DNA of 64,000 nucleotides, taken from positions 16,735,840 through 16,799,839 of the forward strand of contig CAVNZM010000001.1 in the NCBI GenBank assembly GCA_963693365.1, read 5' to 3'. The stretch is from Amoebidium appalachense (Eukaryota > Protista > Ichthyosporea). The notes under the pieces were generated by a model. That model had not been told where the DNA came from. It ran no database searches and saw only the letters and a program-made list of their open reading frames with translations. Positions 1 through 31,357 of this stretch are shown here, piece after piece. Both the position numbers and the translations under genes were made by a program. Position 1 is the first letter of the stretch; every line of letters starts with the position of its first letter.

Positions 1-42
<42 letters not shown>

Positions 43-49
43 AGTAGGA

Positions 50-92
<43 letters not shown>

Positions 93-96
93 GGGG

Positions 97-159
<63 letters not shown>

Positions 160-228
160 AGAAGGAGAGAAGGAGAAAGAGAGAGAAAGAAAGGGGGAGA
201 GAGAGGGAGGAAGGCGAGGGGGGGGGAA

Positions 229-274
<46 letters not shown>

Positions 275-290
275 AAGGGAAAAGGGGGGA
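1..290. repeat. (GA)n/G-rich tract, which is (CT)n pyrimidine-rich intron sequence on the - strand gene
   Basis: Directly visible GA dinucleotide runs and a G run. Confidence 0.9.
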
Positions 291-417
291 AAGTTGGGTG
301 CCCACACGACACCCTGTGTGTATGTGCCTATGCATATACATGTATCTGTGCATATACATGTGTCTGTGCACAGATTATGTTGCTAATCCTTCCCCACTTT
401 GTAAGCAGCACACACAC

Positions 418-578
418 CTGACTGTTCCAAAGGCGCACGACGCGTTCGACAGATCATGTTCTCTGCAGCCGTCGGGCACCCCGCGCACGTGCACAACACG
501 GGAGGGAGGGGGATTGTGGGGATCTGGTCCCACCGGTGCCGCTGCGGTAGCGGGGTGTGAGCCATGTTTATTGTCCAT
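418..578 (-). CDS. HNRNPL: First coding exon of an hnRNP L/PTB-family RRM protein (hnRNP L-like); the gene continues off the left edge of the window
   Basis: ATG at 578 reads MDNKHGSHPATAAAPVGPDPHNPPPSRVVHVRGVPDGCREHDLSNASCAFGTVR and ends at an AG|GTGTGT donor (417). SRVVHVRGVPDG..E.DL.....FG.V resembles the start of hnRNP L RRM1 (SPVVHIRGLIDGVVEADLVEALQEFGPIS, from memory), with a phase-2 intron at the equivalent position. Confidence 0.7.
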
Positions 579-2907
579 TTTAGGGCGAGAGAGAGAAAAC
601 TAAATGATAGCACCTAGATCCGGGAATCAATGACACGGACTACACAGGAAATAAAAGCAGATCTTCTAAAACGCACGTGGGCACGTGTCCTTCGGAAAAG
701 CCAAGTAGCCGACAGGTAGCAAAAGCGAAGCAGGGACGACAGTGGGGTGATGGGAGGCAGAGTATACAACACACCTCCATCCTCCTTTGCACGGGCAGAA
801 CCACTAAATTTGCCCTCCATCTTAACAGTAGGACAAAAGGGGTGCGGACGTGGGTAGCGCCTGTGTGTGGTTGGTGTATGTGTCTGCTGGCTCGTCGTTG
901 AAGACTTCAGATGAACGGTGTGGTGGTGTGTGTTGTGTGTGTGTGCGTGCGTTATGTGCCTGTGGGTGTGTGCGTGCGGGTGGAGGGGTGGGTGTATGTG
1001 TGACGCGGTGTTCACGTGCACATGTGCATGCGTGCGTGTGTGTGTGGGTGCGTGTGTGTGTGTGTGTGCTCTTTGGGTGCGGCGCGTGCGCCTTTCTAGC
1101 AAGAGGCAAAAAGACTCAGTGGGGGCAAAAAAAAAGCGGAATGGCGCGCACGTGATTTGAGCAAGGGTGGTGCTTTGTCGAAGCCCCCCAGAAATGCTGA
1201 TGTGAAACTTTACGTGAGTGGAAAAGCAGCCAATCCCCCAGGCCTGTATGAACTACCTACGCGTGATCTTTCTATTCAAGGAAGAGCACCGGTTCTGGCG
1301 CAGAACGCCTTTAAAAATAAACAAAAATTATCGGTTATCATTCTAGTGCCTGTTTACCAGTAGTGTCTGTTTTTGGACCAGTTGCCCCTGGCAGGCCAGG
1401 GCTTCCTATTGTAATTGTGGAGGCTGCGCATGTGCCATGGTTAAATGTTCATTGATCCATATAGATAAGTTCGACCAATTTATGAAAATTCAATTTACAG
1501 CCCCCCCCAAAGTTCAGGCTTTGGCAAGCCTTTGAGCCATGCCGATCGATATCACTTGCACATATCAGTTGTAGTAGATATTGAGCAGTTGTTTTCAGCC
1601 GGGAAAACTTAGTTCGAGTTGAGGCGAAAGCATACAAGTATGTACACTAATTTTTTTTTTGGACTTTTATCGTCACAAAGTTTGTTTCTTTGTCTTGAAA
1701 AGAAAGCCAGCTCAACAATGCAGTGAGCAGGACCACTCAATGATCCATCCAAAGTATGTACGTTCCTATTGGCTCGGAGTTTTCAAAAACACACCAACAG
1801 GGCCGTGACTTATATTTGTAACAGCTTTCCTATTGGAGCTTTATAGAATCATGAGACCAAGCCGACCCGAATCTCGGTTCGGGCAAAACCTTCGGACACG
1901 ATTCGTTTTACATTAGGTCTATCTTGCAGTTTGTATGCATATGTGTGCTGACTCGTTTTAGGCTATTTCTTTTACACACACTAGGTCTTATTTGACAGCA
2001 CTAATTATTTGATGCTGTTTCTGTGCTTCGAGCATGGTGATTTGATTTGTTCTACCTGGTTTGTGCGCACCTGCCCCGTCTTTTCTGTGAGCGAGCTCGT
2101 TGAGAACCATCATCATAAGCACTCGGGTATGCCCGTCATTCACTAGCTGTGCTTGTTTTTTTTCGACAAGGTATGAGGTCAGCAGTTTCTCTGGCAGTTT
2201 CCGTCAGCTAGGGTTGATACACTATTCTTCTGAATAGCGAGGTTTTCCCCGGGATTTCCGTTGCCGGCAAGGCCAACACTGCAACAGAACAAACACAAGA
2301 ACATTAAGAATTTGCTGTCCTGTGGGTGTTTCAAGGACAAGGGGTGTCAAGAACCACTCTGGGTCTTGCGCTACATCGTATTCCAGAGGTATGCTAGAAA
2401 ATATCAATCTTTTTAGTTCTTGGAGGCACGTGTTTTGGATTAGTCCGTCCATGAGAGATCCCTGGCGTTGTTTTAAAGCGTCCTACATCCTACGGTGTAT
2501 ACACCACACCCTGGTCTGCTTTTTACCTTTTGCTTTCTTTAGTAAATATGATATAAAAAAAATCTGATTGTTATGATAAGTAGAAATCTGTGACATGTCT
2601 TTCCACGTGATTATTGGCCTATTGTAAATAAGTGAGTACTCGGTGTTGTCTTGTTTCCTTCTTACAACACATGCGTGGGCTTGGTAAGATTGGGTGCATG
2701 CACAATTGCAAGTTGATACCCGTACACAGTTCCACATATGCACATAAATGCACGTACACTATTTCCCTTCCTCTCTCTCTCCATGCCCTTTTCCTCACTC
2801 TGTTCTCTCCCTCCCATCCAGAACTCGTGCTGTGTGTGGGGCAGCTATGACACGGACACGTTTCCAACGGCCAAGTTAGTTTGTCGGCAGCGGGCACGGC
2901 ATCATTC

Positions 2908-5900
2908 ATGAGCCAAAACAGCCCCCGCAAGTTCCCCCTGAGGCCGGCGGACAGGTTTGTATTTTTGTGCTTTGTACATCACTCTCTCCCCGTGGCCAAG
3001 TTTGGAGAGTTAGCTTTCTGCTGGGCAGGTTGTATCGGTTGAGAAGCACATTGTTTGGCACCTTTATGAGTTAAGCCATGGTTTATGTATGGGGCAGGAA
3101 TGATTGGTGCCTGTACAGCACACTCCCTTTCATTCTGGGGGACCGAAGGCAACACCGAGGTTGCTTTTACCTGCAACATGACTTTATCTTTGAAAACCGG
3201 GTGAGAGAAGCGTGCATCCTGTTCTGCTGGTGAGTGGTATGGTAGGAAGCTACGTACCCGGACCTTCGTAATACCAGCAAAGCGAACTGGCAGATGGACC
3301 AACAACTATTTGGTGTCAGGTTCTGTGTCAGTTGGTTAAGAGAGATTCTTTTCACGACCAAGCAGATTCGTCAATCTCACATCCAGTTTCCTTCGCAGGC
3401 ACCACGACCGGGAGCCCTTCTTCCCACCGCACAAGCCATTCCCAGGGCATGGGGATATCCGATATGGTATGCAGCCCTCCATCCCCTTGTTGGCAGGCTC
3501 CAAAAGATGTCCAAGAGTTTCGCTTTGTTCCACCCCTCAAGGTTCCCATGAACGTCTTTTTGGTGGGCTTGTACCACACCTCATGTGGCAGTATCACAAA
3601 CTGCTTTCCTGTCGTAATTGTACACTCTCGGGCTACATTTTGACTAGGCAATATGTTGCTCATCTCCTTGCCCAGAAGGGTGTTGCTCATCTCCTTGCCC
3701 AGAAAATTTCCCTTGATGTGTGCTAACTTTAAGGTGGCTCTAACCATGGGCCTTCCGCACAGGGCCAGGTTTCCGTGGCCGGGGGCCGAGGGGGCCGTTT
3801 GGGGGGAGAGAGCTTCCACCAATAGACCCAAGAGACCTGCCTTTTAGAGTCCCACCATTTGGTGTTCGGGATGAATTCTTCGGTATCCCCCCTCCCCCCC
3901 CCCCCCCTCCCCCCCCCCCTCCCCCCCTCCCCCCTCTTGGGCCCCGCCCCACCACCACCACCACCACCGGCACCGCCCTTAGCCAAATGTCCTTTTTGCT
4001 CATATGGTCTGAATGGAGGATCTCCCTTGTTGTTTACTCATGATCTTTCTACTTTCCGTGATCCCCCCCCCCTCCCCCCTTTTTCCCGCCCCCACCAAAC
4101 TTCCCCACCCCACCGACTGTTTTCGCTCCCGAAAACCATCACTAGACGAACATAACACATACTGAGTTGCGGTCTTCCATCCCAGACCCATCATTCCGAG
4201 AGCCCCCAAGATTTCCGGGCCGGCCTGCTTTCTACAATGCCGACAGGTCAGTTTCCCTGATATGTGCTGATTCAGCTGATAGGCTGCAAGGTGGCAGTGA
4301 AAGACAGCATATAGACACGGATAGGCAAGAGATATTATTGGCTTGGGTGTAGCTCCCATGCATTTGCAGCCCTGCTTGTGTGGGCTTGGGAACAGGCTAT
4401 ATTAGGCCTCTCCGGCTCTTAGCAGGTTGTTGCCACCCACAGCAGCCGGACATGTGCCCATATCTCTTGCCCCCCCCCCCCCCCCCCCCCCCCCCCTCCC
4501 TTCAACCCTGGCCGCCGCCTCTTCCCCCTCCTGCTCCCTCGTCTTCCTTCCCTGGAGGCTTTCCGTGTGTGGGTGGCAAGACCTACAGAGTCCACAACAC
4601 AGCATCTCCATAACACTAATGCCAGAGTAAGCCCCCTAACATAGTGTTATATCTGCAGTAGGCCACCCATGGAGTTTGATCCCCGAGCCGAGATGTACCG
4701 GGATGCCGACATGGAGACCATGGCAAGGGGGGGCTTTGACCGCTTCGAGGGGGGGTTCATGCCCTACGACCGGGCAATGATGGAAAGGGAAGGCTTTTTC
4801 GATCCGGGCCGGTTTGAAGGTCGGTGCCCCCCTCCCCCCCCCCCGCCCTTTCTGTGACCTTCCTGTGTGGGTGCTTGGTGCAGGGTACGTGAGGGATGTT
4901 TGTTTTTTCGTGTCCAATCATGCATTTGTGAATGTGGTTTTGTGACTTGCCGAAGGAAACACGACTGATTTTAGGTGCTGTAGCTTCCCGGTGATTTTAT
5001 TTTTGGCTGACACCATGTTTTTGGTCACCCCACAGTACCCCCGAGATGGGCTGGACACATTGAGATGCCAGATGACCGGGAAAATCCCTACGCGGCAGGA
5101 CGTTTTAGAGAAAGAACCGGCCCACAGTTTCTGGAAGGGCGGCGCTCTGAGCCGGCTGCAAGCGAAGAAAGAAGAAACGGCAGGCCAGCAAGCCCCGTTT
5201 ATGTACGAAATGATCGAAGTGGTGGGGATGGAAGCGACTCGGAAGAGGGGGCCATAGACCCAACACCGAGGAGGGAAAGGGAAAAGGACAAGGAGAGGGA
5301 CCGAGACCGGGACAGGGATAGAGATAGAGAGCGGGACAGAGAGAGGGTGAGAGATCGAGACAGAGAAAGAGAGAGGGATAGAGATAGGGATAGAGATAAG
5401 GAGCGGGAGAGAGATCGGAGGGAAAAGGAAAGGGAACGAGACAGGGAGAGAGACCGAGACAAGGATAGAGATAAAGAAAGGGGAAAGTCGAGAGAGCGCG
5501 ACAGAGAAAGGGAGAGGACGGTCGAAAGAGACAAGGAGCGAGACCGGGAAAGGGAGCGAGGCAGAGATAGGGACAAGGAAAGGGACAAGGAAAGGGAAAA
5601 GGAGAAAGATGCCGAAAAGGAAAGCGACCGTGAAGGGACAAAGGCCCCGGCATTTCATCGTTCCCAATCCGTCTCGGATGATAAAACCGGCTCCTCGCGT
5701 AGCGGCAGCCCGCTAATGAAACCTGGTCAAACAGGCACCACCAGAAAGGGCCCACGTGTATCACGGTTTCAGCCGCTAGAATCCTCCGCCCCGTCGTCTG
5801 TGGATCTCTCTCAAATTCAACAAAAAATCGAGGCCATCCATGCGTCAGTCGCAGCCCAGGCCGCCTCTATTGGTGCCACCCCTACATCGCCAAAGTCAAA

Positions 5901-7210
5901 ATCACAACAATCCAGCCACCCAGGGGGAGATGTGGAAAGTGGGGCATCACAGCAACTGCACGAGGATAAGTCAACGACGGAGAAAAATTCGAACGAAGGC
6001 GCAGGCTTGGAAGCACAGTCGGATAAGCCACGTCCGCAGCCAACAAGCACACCAAGCAGGTTCGAGTCGGATAAATCTGCGTCTGCGGCAGAAACCCGGC
6101 CGCCCGATCACACGGCGGTATCTGCAAAATCGTCTATGGGTGCCAACACCAATGCGGCAACCCGAACACCCTCCACGCCAGCCACCAACAGGGCAGCACC
6201 ACGTTCGTCGCTCAGTTTGGACAGCAACGTGTCATCCCTCCCACCAAACACCACCGCAGCCACGATCACACCAACAACGGCACCACCGCTACTCATCATG
6301 GGTCCACCCCGTGGCCCACCACCCATGCCTCCGCCATTCCACCCGCCACCTTTCCCTCCGCCGCCACAAACACCACACTCGGCATATGGAATGGGTTATC
6401 CATACGGTTACGGAGCCCCACCAGTTCCCCCTACACCCGGCGACCAATCAGCGGCCACTGATGGGAGCGGCAAAATGGGGGAGTCTGACGGGATCCCTAG
6501 GCCATTTGCAGGCACACCGCCGCCTGCATGGTTGGACCGACGCTCCGAGACACCCGACGGGGCATGGGAGAGGGGTGGGGTAGGGGCTGGAACACCCACA
6601 CCCGCCACCTCCTCTCCACCAAATATGTCTCCAGGGTCACCGGGACCACACACCCCACCTGCGTACCGCGGCTCAGCGGGAAGCATCAGCGGCAAACGTG
6701 GTTTCCAGCCACCGGTTCGAGGTGGGCGTTTCCGAGGCAGCCAATCACGGCCACTTCTAAGCACGCCACTACCGCCAAGTTCAGGTCCGGGAAGGGGCCT
6801 TCCGGGGCAAAAGCATACACCTGGGTCGATACAACCACCTACGCCTACGTTTCCTTTTGGGCAAAGAAACTCGCTTCCGGGATCAGGTGAGTGGGTGTCG
6901 AATTATCGTGCATGTGTTTTGCATGTGTGTTCATTTAGCGATTGTCTTCCCACAGACAGGCAATTTTGCGACTACGACCCCCCCCCCCCCCCCCCTCCCC
7001 CTCTTCCCACAAAGACACTCTCACATCTGCAACAAATGAGCTCATCAAATGTTGAAAGATGGCGTGCATGTTCTTGCACGATTTTTTCCCCAAGCCCCCC
7101 TTCCCCCCCCCCCCCCCCCCCCCCGCCCTCCCCCTCTCCCCCCGGTCTCCCCGTGTGCGCTGTCGCCTGCCTACTTCCCTTTCCCCCCCCCCCCTCCCCC
7201 TCCCCTCCCC

Positions 7211-7246
<36 letters not shown>

Positions 7247-7306
7247 CCACCCACCTTTCACCTTCCCTTCCTTTGCATCCCACATCTATCAATATATCCC
7301 TCGTCC

Positions 7307-7343
<37 letters not shown>

Positions 7344-7809
7344 TTCCGGTCTCCATTTCCTCTGATTTGGCAAGACACTCCTCTTCCACACACACGCGCG
7401 CACATACGTGTATGGATAAAGTATTATCCCATTGATGATATCGCAGCACTGCCACCCATAACTCCTCTAATCCCCTCCTTCCGATCTGTTTAGGCCAATA
7501 TCTGAGTTGTCTCTCCCCCTTCCCCCCCTCCCCCCCCCCCCCCCCCCACCCCCCCCACCCCCTGTGCCCCCCCTTCCGGCTCATCCTATGACATCCACCC
7601 CTCACCACCCATCCCACAGTGCCTGGCACACCAGGGCTTGTAGGTAGGCGGGAGTCCATTCCACTCCTAGGGCCAGAGGCACGAGCACTTAGAGAGCAGC
7701 AGGCGCAGCGCATGAAGGTCGAGGCTGAGATCACGGCCGATAAGTCTCTGGTGGCCCACGTGGCAAACTGGCCTACTGAGATCATTGAAAAGAGGGTACG
7801 TCCTAACCT

Positions 7810-7843
<34 letters not shown>

Positions 7844-7968
7844 CCCTTAACCCACCTGCCCACCCACCCCCCACCCGTCATGAGCTCGGCTTATGGTGCA
7901 TGCTGTTAATGTTTGCCGTGCGATTTGAATTGCTTTGTTCGTCGTGACTGTATACTTTGCCTTCGGTT

Positions 7969-7999
<31 letters not shown>

Positions 8000-8916
8000 T
8001 TCCCCCACGCCTCTGCGACCGGGGCTCTCCCTTCCAATTAGCGCCTCCACGACTCGTTTCTTGGCGCTTCCCTATGCCTTCTCCTGTTCTTTATTCTCAG
8101 AGCATGGAATATGGGGTGTGACATCGTGCCTGGTGGCTGTGAAGGCTATACAAAATTATTTGCAGGTCGTTGTTATGTATATGGTTTGAATAGACGGGAG
8201 CAGTTAGCCCGAGTTGTTAGATGGAGATTGGGGATGGGTGTGTGGGTGAGGCTGCCAATATTAATGTGTAGATGGAAGGAATGGGGGGATAGTAAAGTTG
8301 TTGCCCTTTTTTGCTTTAGTGTGGTAGATGGAAGAATAGGTTTTAAATGCTAGAGGTGGGACTTTGTTTTGCCACTCCGTATTCATTCGTGAGTTCATTG
8401 GAAGGGGACGGCTTCACATGTTGCATTAGAGGTTGTTGTTGTGTTCTTATAGGGAGATGGAGGTGCATATGTGTGCACTAATTCATGTTTGGTGTATGTG
8501 TGTTTGTGTGTGCGTCCCTTTGGTGCCTGTGTGAGAGAGGGGACGGGAGAAGCGCAGATGAAGGGAAACCGAAAAAGGAGGGGAGTGGGGAGGGGGTGGG
8601 GGGGAAGGACGGGGGTGTGTTTGTTTGGGTAGAGGTGTGTGTGTGTTTTGGGGGGGAAGGGGGAGGGGGGAGGGGAGGGGGGTGTAAATGGGGACAACGG
8701 CTATATAGTGATAGAGATCACATGTGATTGAGGAGGGGAGTGGGAAGGAAGTTTCCTGGTTTCAGAAGTCTCTGTGGTGGGGTTGGAGTTAGAATACTGT
8801 ATTGCAGGGAGAAGGGTTGAGGCTGCGACGGCAGGGAATCTATTAGGGGCTTTCTTTCTTTCTTTCTTTCTTTTCTTCTCTCCCTCTCTCTTTTTTTTTT
8901 CCTTTTTTTTTTTTTT

Positions 8917-8969
<53 letters not shown>

Positions 8970-9142
8970 TTCCCTGTGTATAGACAGGGATTTTTCAGAG
9001 ACTCTATATTGTCACTGTTCGGAATGCAAGCATGCAAACAAATATGACTTACACCCCACTTTGTGTTAGTGAGTGGCTGTCCCCTTCCCCCTCTTTTTCT
9101 CTCTCATTCTGTCTGTCTCTTTCAGTGTGTATATATTTGGGG

Positions 9143-9191
<49 letters not shown>

Positions 9192-10249
9192 TGGAGTATT
9201 GACATGGCTTGTGGTTTGCAGATCAAGCAAACCGACGAAGACATGCGCAAGATGCGGGAGGATGAGGGCCGCATACTGGTCGATCTCCGACAGGTCGCGG
9301 CCGAGCTTTTCCAGGCACGTCTACAGGCCGAAAATGCGGAAAGGTGGGTTATCGATGATTTATGTTGGTACTGTGACAAAAGTTGGGTTGCCAGGAAATG
9401 TTGGGCATGGCCTGTGCCGTGCAAGTGGTAGACCTGGGTATGGACAGGCGTGAGCGTGTGATAGTTTAGTTGTTTGTGTAAATGACTCCTATGTGGGTAC
9501 GTGCGGGTGCAGTGAACTGATCATCAAATAGACGGGGGAATGCATGTGCCTGTGCACGTTGGGTGTGCAGTTAGGCCTTTTGGTTGGAAAACGCAAGGAC
9601 CCCCCCTCCCCCTCCCCGCTTTGCCCCTTACCATCACCACCACCACCAATATCCTGCGCGCTGAATGAGTGAGGCTCGTGATGGGAAGCCTAATTAGTGC
9701 GAACACGAGCGCTCTACCAATCAAGCTGTTGTTAAGTTACTGCATATCATGTCTTGTCCTACGGTATTTTCGTAAGAATTTAAAACAGTATGTGTCTGCT
9801 TCAACCCCATTCAGTCTGGTACAAGTCCACAGGCCCCAAGGATGACCCACACTGTGCGCCCACACCCATGCCTCTCTCAGAACCCCTTGCTCTCTTGTCT
9901 GACTGCAGTTCCAGCCTTCTTTCTGACACGTTCTTACCAAAACAGGAAATGCCGGGCATTGCGCGAACAAATTGATTCGCTGGAAAACCGGGATGTGTAC
10001 CCGACCAACTTGAAGGTGGTGGTGTGGGAGAGGGAAAGGGCCATACAACGGGCACTAGATGCAGCCAGGGAGGAGGCACGGTTGAAAACGGAAGCGGGTG
10101 CAAAGAAAGAGGCCCCTCAAGTACAAACACAGGCACAATTTCAAAGTCAATCACAATCACAACCACAGGCACAGGCACAGGCACAGGCTGTTGCGCGAGA
10201 AAAGGAGTGTGTGGATGCAACGGAGGTGAAGGTGGAGCCACATCAATAG
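2908..10249 (+). CDS. ~886-aa RD/RE-repeat, Pro/Ser-rich disordered protein with a C-terminal WAC-like coiled coil
   Basis: Exons 2908-2954, 4659-4819, 5036-6886, 7620-7795, 9222-9343, 9946-10249. All introns are GT-AG, phases are consistent, and the total of 2661 nt is one open frame. Spliced C-terminus: SLVAHVANWPTEIIEKRIKQTDEDMRKMREDEGRILVDLRQVAAELFQARLQAENAERKCRALREQIDSLEN. The first exon is the least certain. Confidence 0.8.
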
Positions 10250-11707
10250 AGGGGTGTATCTTGAATGTATATATATTTTGTTGTACTCTTTGAAATTCGT
10301 TTCTTTCTTTTATTGTAGGTTTTTTTTGTTTTTTGGTGGTTGGCTCGTTTGTTTTTGTCTTTAGGGTTTTCCTTCGAGAACGGATTTATGTGATTGTGTC
10401 GCCTTATTGATAGTTTCCACGAACATTGTGGTCTATATACCGGTCTTGTCACTGTAAGTTAAACGATAATGTTACGGGTGCCTCACATTTATATACGACC
10501 CCATATTTGAAGAAACTTCACAAACAACAATAATGAACGTAACGAAATGGCAGAAACGAAATCTCGTTGCGCGAAGTCCGAGAAATAGTACAACGTCGGG
10601 GTCTGGTACCCTATTTCCTTACGTAGTTGCTGTCGGTTACTGTGTGGTCCTTTCCCCCTCACCCCTTCTCCCCTTCCCTCCCACTTAACACAAATCCACA
10701 CACCCACATGGCACGCTTACAGCTAGCACCAGCATATGGCCCGACGTGTTTTTGTACTTGCACGTTTGCAGCTGCAAACGTGACGTGAACAGGAGTGTGT
10801 CCGATGATCGAGTTCCGTGAGCCACTTCCAGTCAGTCACCTGTAAATTAGATCTACAATAGACCGGTTTAGAAATGTTTTTTTTCAAATTCTGCCTAACC
10901 TTATATGGCTCACTGGAACAATTCGAATCTTGTGATTGGTTGCGCCAAAAGTAAGGGCCAAGGTAAGGGCCGCTCAGGCGGTGACAGGCCAAAATCTCAG
11001 ACCGACAGCCTCTCAAAAGCAGTTAGGCCTCGATTTTACTTAGAAAGTTGGTTTTCGTCCTTATGAAAGAGTTTTAGGAAATAAAAAGGCGCGTTAGAGA
11101 TATAAGTAGTCGGGGTGCTCCGACAACGCCTGCATCGCTAAAGTCATCAAAACCCGTCTTGCAGAGCCTATTATCGTCTATGATGAAATTATATGGTTTT
11201 TGCCTGTTTTCGCTACGAAATAGGCACCGGACTCCCCATGTTGATTATACAAGAATTGCTTGTCGCTTTGTTTATCAAGTTATTTATTAATGGAGCAAAA
11301 CCCCTTTTCTATTCAAATTATTGACTTCAAGCATTATAAGCAGGATTCGGTAGATGACCGTCGATCACTCAGCCCTTCATTTCGCCAGTTCGGCTGGCTG
11401 GATCTCCATAGAGCGAAGCAAACACATTGAGATTCTTAATTAGTGAGTCTAAGTTGGTCTATATTGCGGCTTTGCGCCAGGATATTTTTTTTTAACATTT
11501 ATCTATGATCATCTGAGATTCTGAGCCAGCCAGCCTGCCAACATGCACATGCGCATGCAACTTGCAAGCTTGCTTTCCTGACCCAAGTTGTGTGGATGAT
11601 AGAAGAGTGTGTATTCATAGGCTTTACCACGGTGCAGTAGACGGTCTGAGCTTTGAAGAGTTCAAGTAGGCCGCGGTTGTGTCCGGTAAAGCTGCTGACG
11701 GCAGACA

Positions 11708-29202
<17,495 letters not shown>

Positions 29203-29658
29203 ATGTTAATGTACCTTTCGCCCCAGTCTTGCACAGGTGAGGTTAACGTATGATGAATACATAGGTAAAAAGAGTGTGTGTCATATGTACAGAACCGGTG
29301 TTAATCCTTGTTTCGTTGTCAGTGCGGCATGTACGTGTGTGCATACTTGCTTCTAGGGTCGTACGCACGGTGTGTGTGCTTAACCAGGTTCAAGAGCCAT
29401 GCGCCACAAGGCTTATGTGCATGTGTGGCTCTATAATACATGTCATGCCTTGCCTATAGCCTAGTTTATAGGCGCCTTCATGCATGGGAGATGACAAGAC
29501 GCATGTAACTTTTCATGCATCCGGTGACGTGAGATGTATGAGCAGCATTTGTATGAATAATTATAAAGAGGAAGTCTTTCACGTTGCAAATGCCCTGGCC
29601 GGCACCTATGTAAACAATTATAGACGCGGTGCCAGAATCCACGTGTTGAATGGTTTTT

Positions 29659-29720
<62 letters not shown>

Positions 29721-29742
29721 CACTGTGTGTGGGTGGGTGGAT

Positions 29743-29793
<51 letters not shown>

Positions 29794-29795
29794 GT

Positions 29796-29905
29796 GTATG
29801 CCTTATAGGGTTGAATTTGGAGGAGACACCAGCTAGAGGACCACAATAAAACGTCACAAAAATGAGAAACCCGAATCGAAATCGAACCATGTAAGTGTGC
29901 AGGCA
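29796..29905 (-). mobile_element. Interspersed repeat family A, copy 2
   Basis: Reverse complement reads tgcctgcacactt...ttcgggtttctcatttttgtgacgttttattgtggtcctctagctggtgtctcctcca...caaccct...gcatac, then poly-C. Confidence 0.7.
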
Positions 29906-30268
29906 TAAGGCCTTCGCGGGGGGGGGGGGGGGATGTTTGTGCTATGTAACTGAAACCGGTACCTTGGCGCCATATATTTGTACAAACAGCCAATGGCTTT
30001 CAACAAGATATCTTACATGTTTGTGTACATACACCACAAGCTTGGAGGTCTTGACTCAAAAATAACCCGAAAGGTTTATTTTCATGAATTAAACACTACG
30101 TCAACAAGTATGTACAGCCAGAATCCAAATCCAATTTCGTGCTGCCCACTAAGTTTCACGTGCAAATCTCTAATGTGAAGATCTAGGCTCACCACAACAG
30201 TAATACCCCAATTACATTCCCAGACCTACATACCACTCAAAAAAGAAGGGAAAAAAAAAGGGGGGGGA

Positions 30269-30312
<44 letters not shown>

Positions 30313-30637
30313 CCACGTGTGGGTGGCCGGGTGGGGTGGTGGTGGTGGTGGTCACCACGGTGGTCAATTGAGGAGGGGAGTCGCGAGAAGGGGAGAAGGG
30401 GGGAAGGGGGAGGGGGAGAGGGGGGGGGGGGAGGGGGGGGAGGGGGGGGTAAAAAGAAATGGCAAGTTAACCACTATCGCTACTATTATGACTACATGTA
30501 CTAAAAGACCTACTACAAAAACAAAATGTGCAATTATCAAAACTACGTAGGCTTGCCCAGACAGCAAAACTCACACAGGGTCCTCCGAGCTACCATATGG
30601 GCAACCAAGTTGAACCACCTAACCCCAACACCAGTGT

Positions 30638-30776
30638 CTAACCCTCCTCCTCCTCCTCCTCCTCCTCCTCTGATCCAGTGTATACTTCCTCCGGAACATC
30701 CACATGTGTAAGGTGATGCCTCCTGTAGGGGGGGAAAAAAAAAATGGGGGCAGAAGGGGGGGAGGGGGGGGGGGGT

Positions 30777-30813
<37 letters not shown>

Positions 30814-31312
30814 GGGCGGGTATGCGTTATGGAAAGAGAAGAGGGGGGGGGGGGGGGTAGAATGTGTTACAGATCTAACCAAGTACACGTTCACGAACAA
30901 AACACACTAGTAACCATTTAGCAACGAATAAAAAGAAGCTATGCATTTGGGGGGGGGGGGGGGGGGGGGGGGGGGGTGGGGGGGCGCACAGATCATACGA
31001 AGAAAGGGATGCCCAACTTTGCACCCATTCTCCAAGCGCATCCGCTCTCACCTTTGCTTGCCCCCCCCCTCCCTCTCTCTCTCTCTCTCTCCCCCCCCCC
31101 CCCCCCCCCCCCCCCCCTCCCACTTTCCGCCTTCCTCCCACAAGCAGGTGGGTGCCGCACATGCACACACATACGCTCTAGCCTCCGTGTGCTTGTGTGT
31201 GCGCTTGTGTTTGTCGTTGCGTCTGGCCAAGTCAGAAAAACTGATACAGACGGGCAACAGACGTTTTGGTGGATGGGTGCGCACGCGGGTGGTGGTGTTG
31301 GTGGTGTTGGTG

Positions 31313-31357
<45 letters not shown>

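Noticed and set aside
4918-5764. Long antisense ORFs (249, 219 and 129 aa) over the RD/RE tract
   Set aside because: Shadow frames of the purine-rich repetitive sense exon.
6887-7365. C-terminal part of the 766-aa ORF 5065-7365
   Set aside because: Read-through into an intron. A strong AG|GTGAGT donor at 6887 joins in frame to 7620.
10850-11500. MITE-like AT-rich intergenic sequence
   Set aside because: I could not find terminal inverted repeats, a TSD or a second copy.
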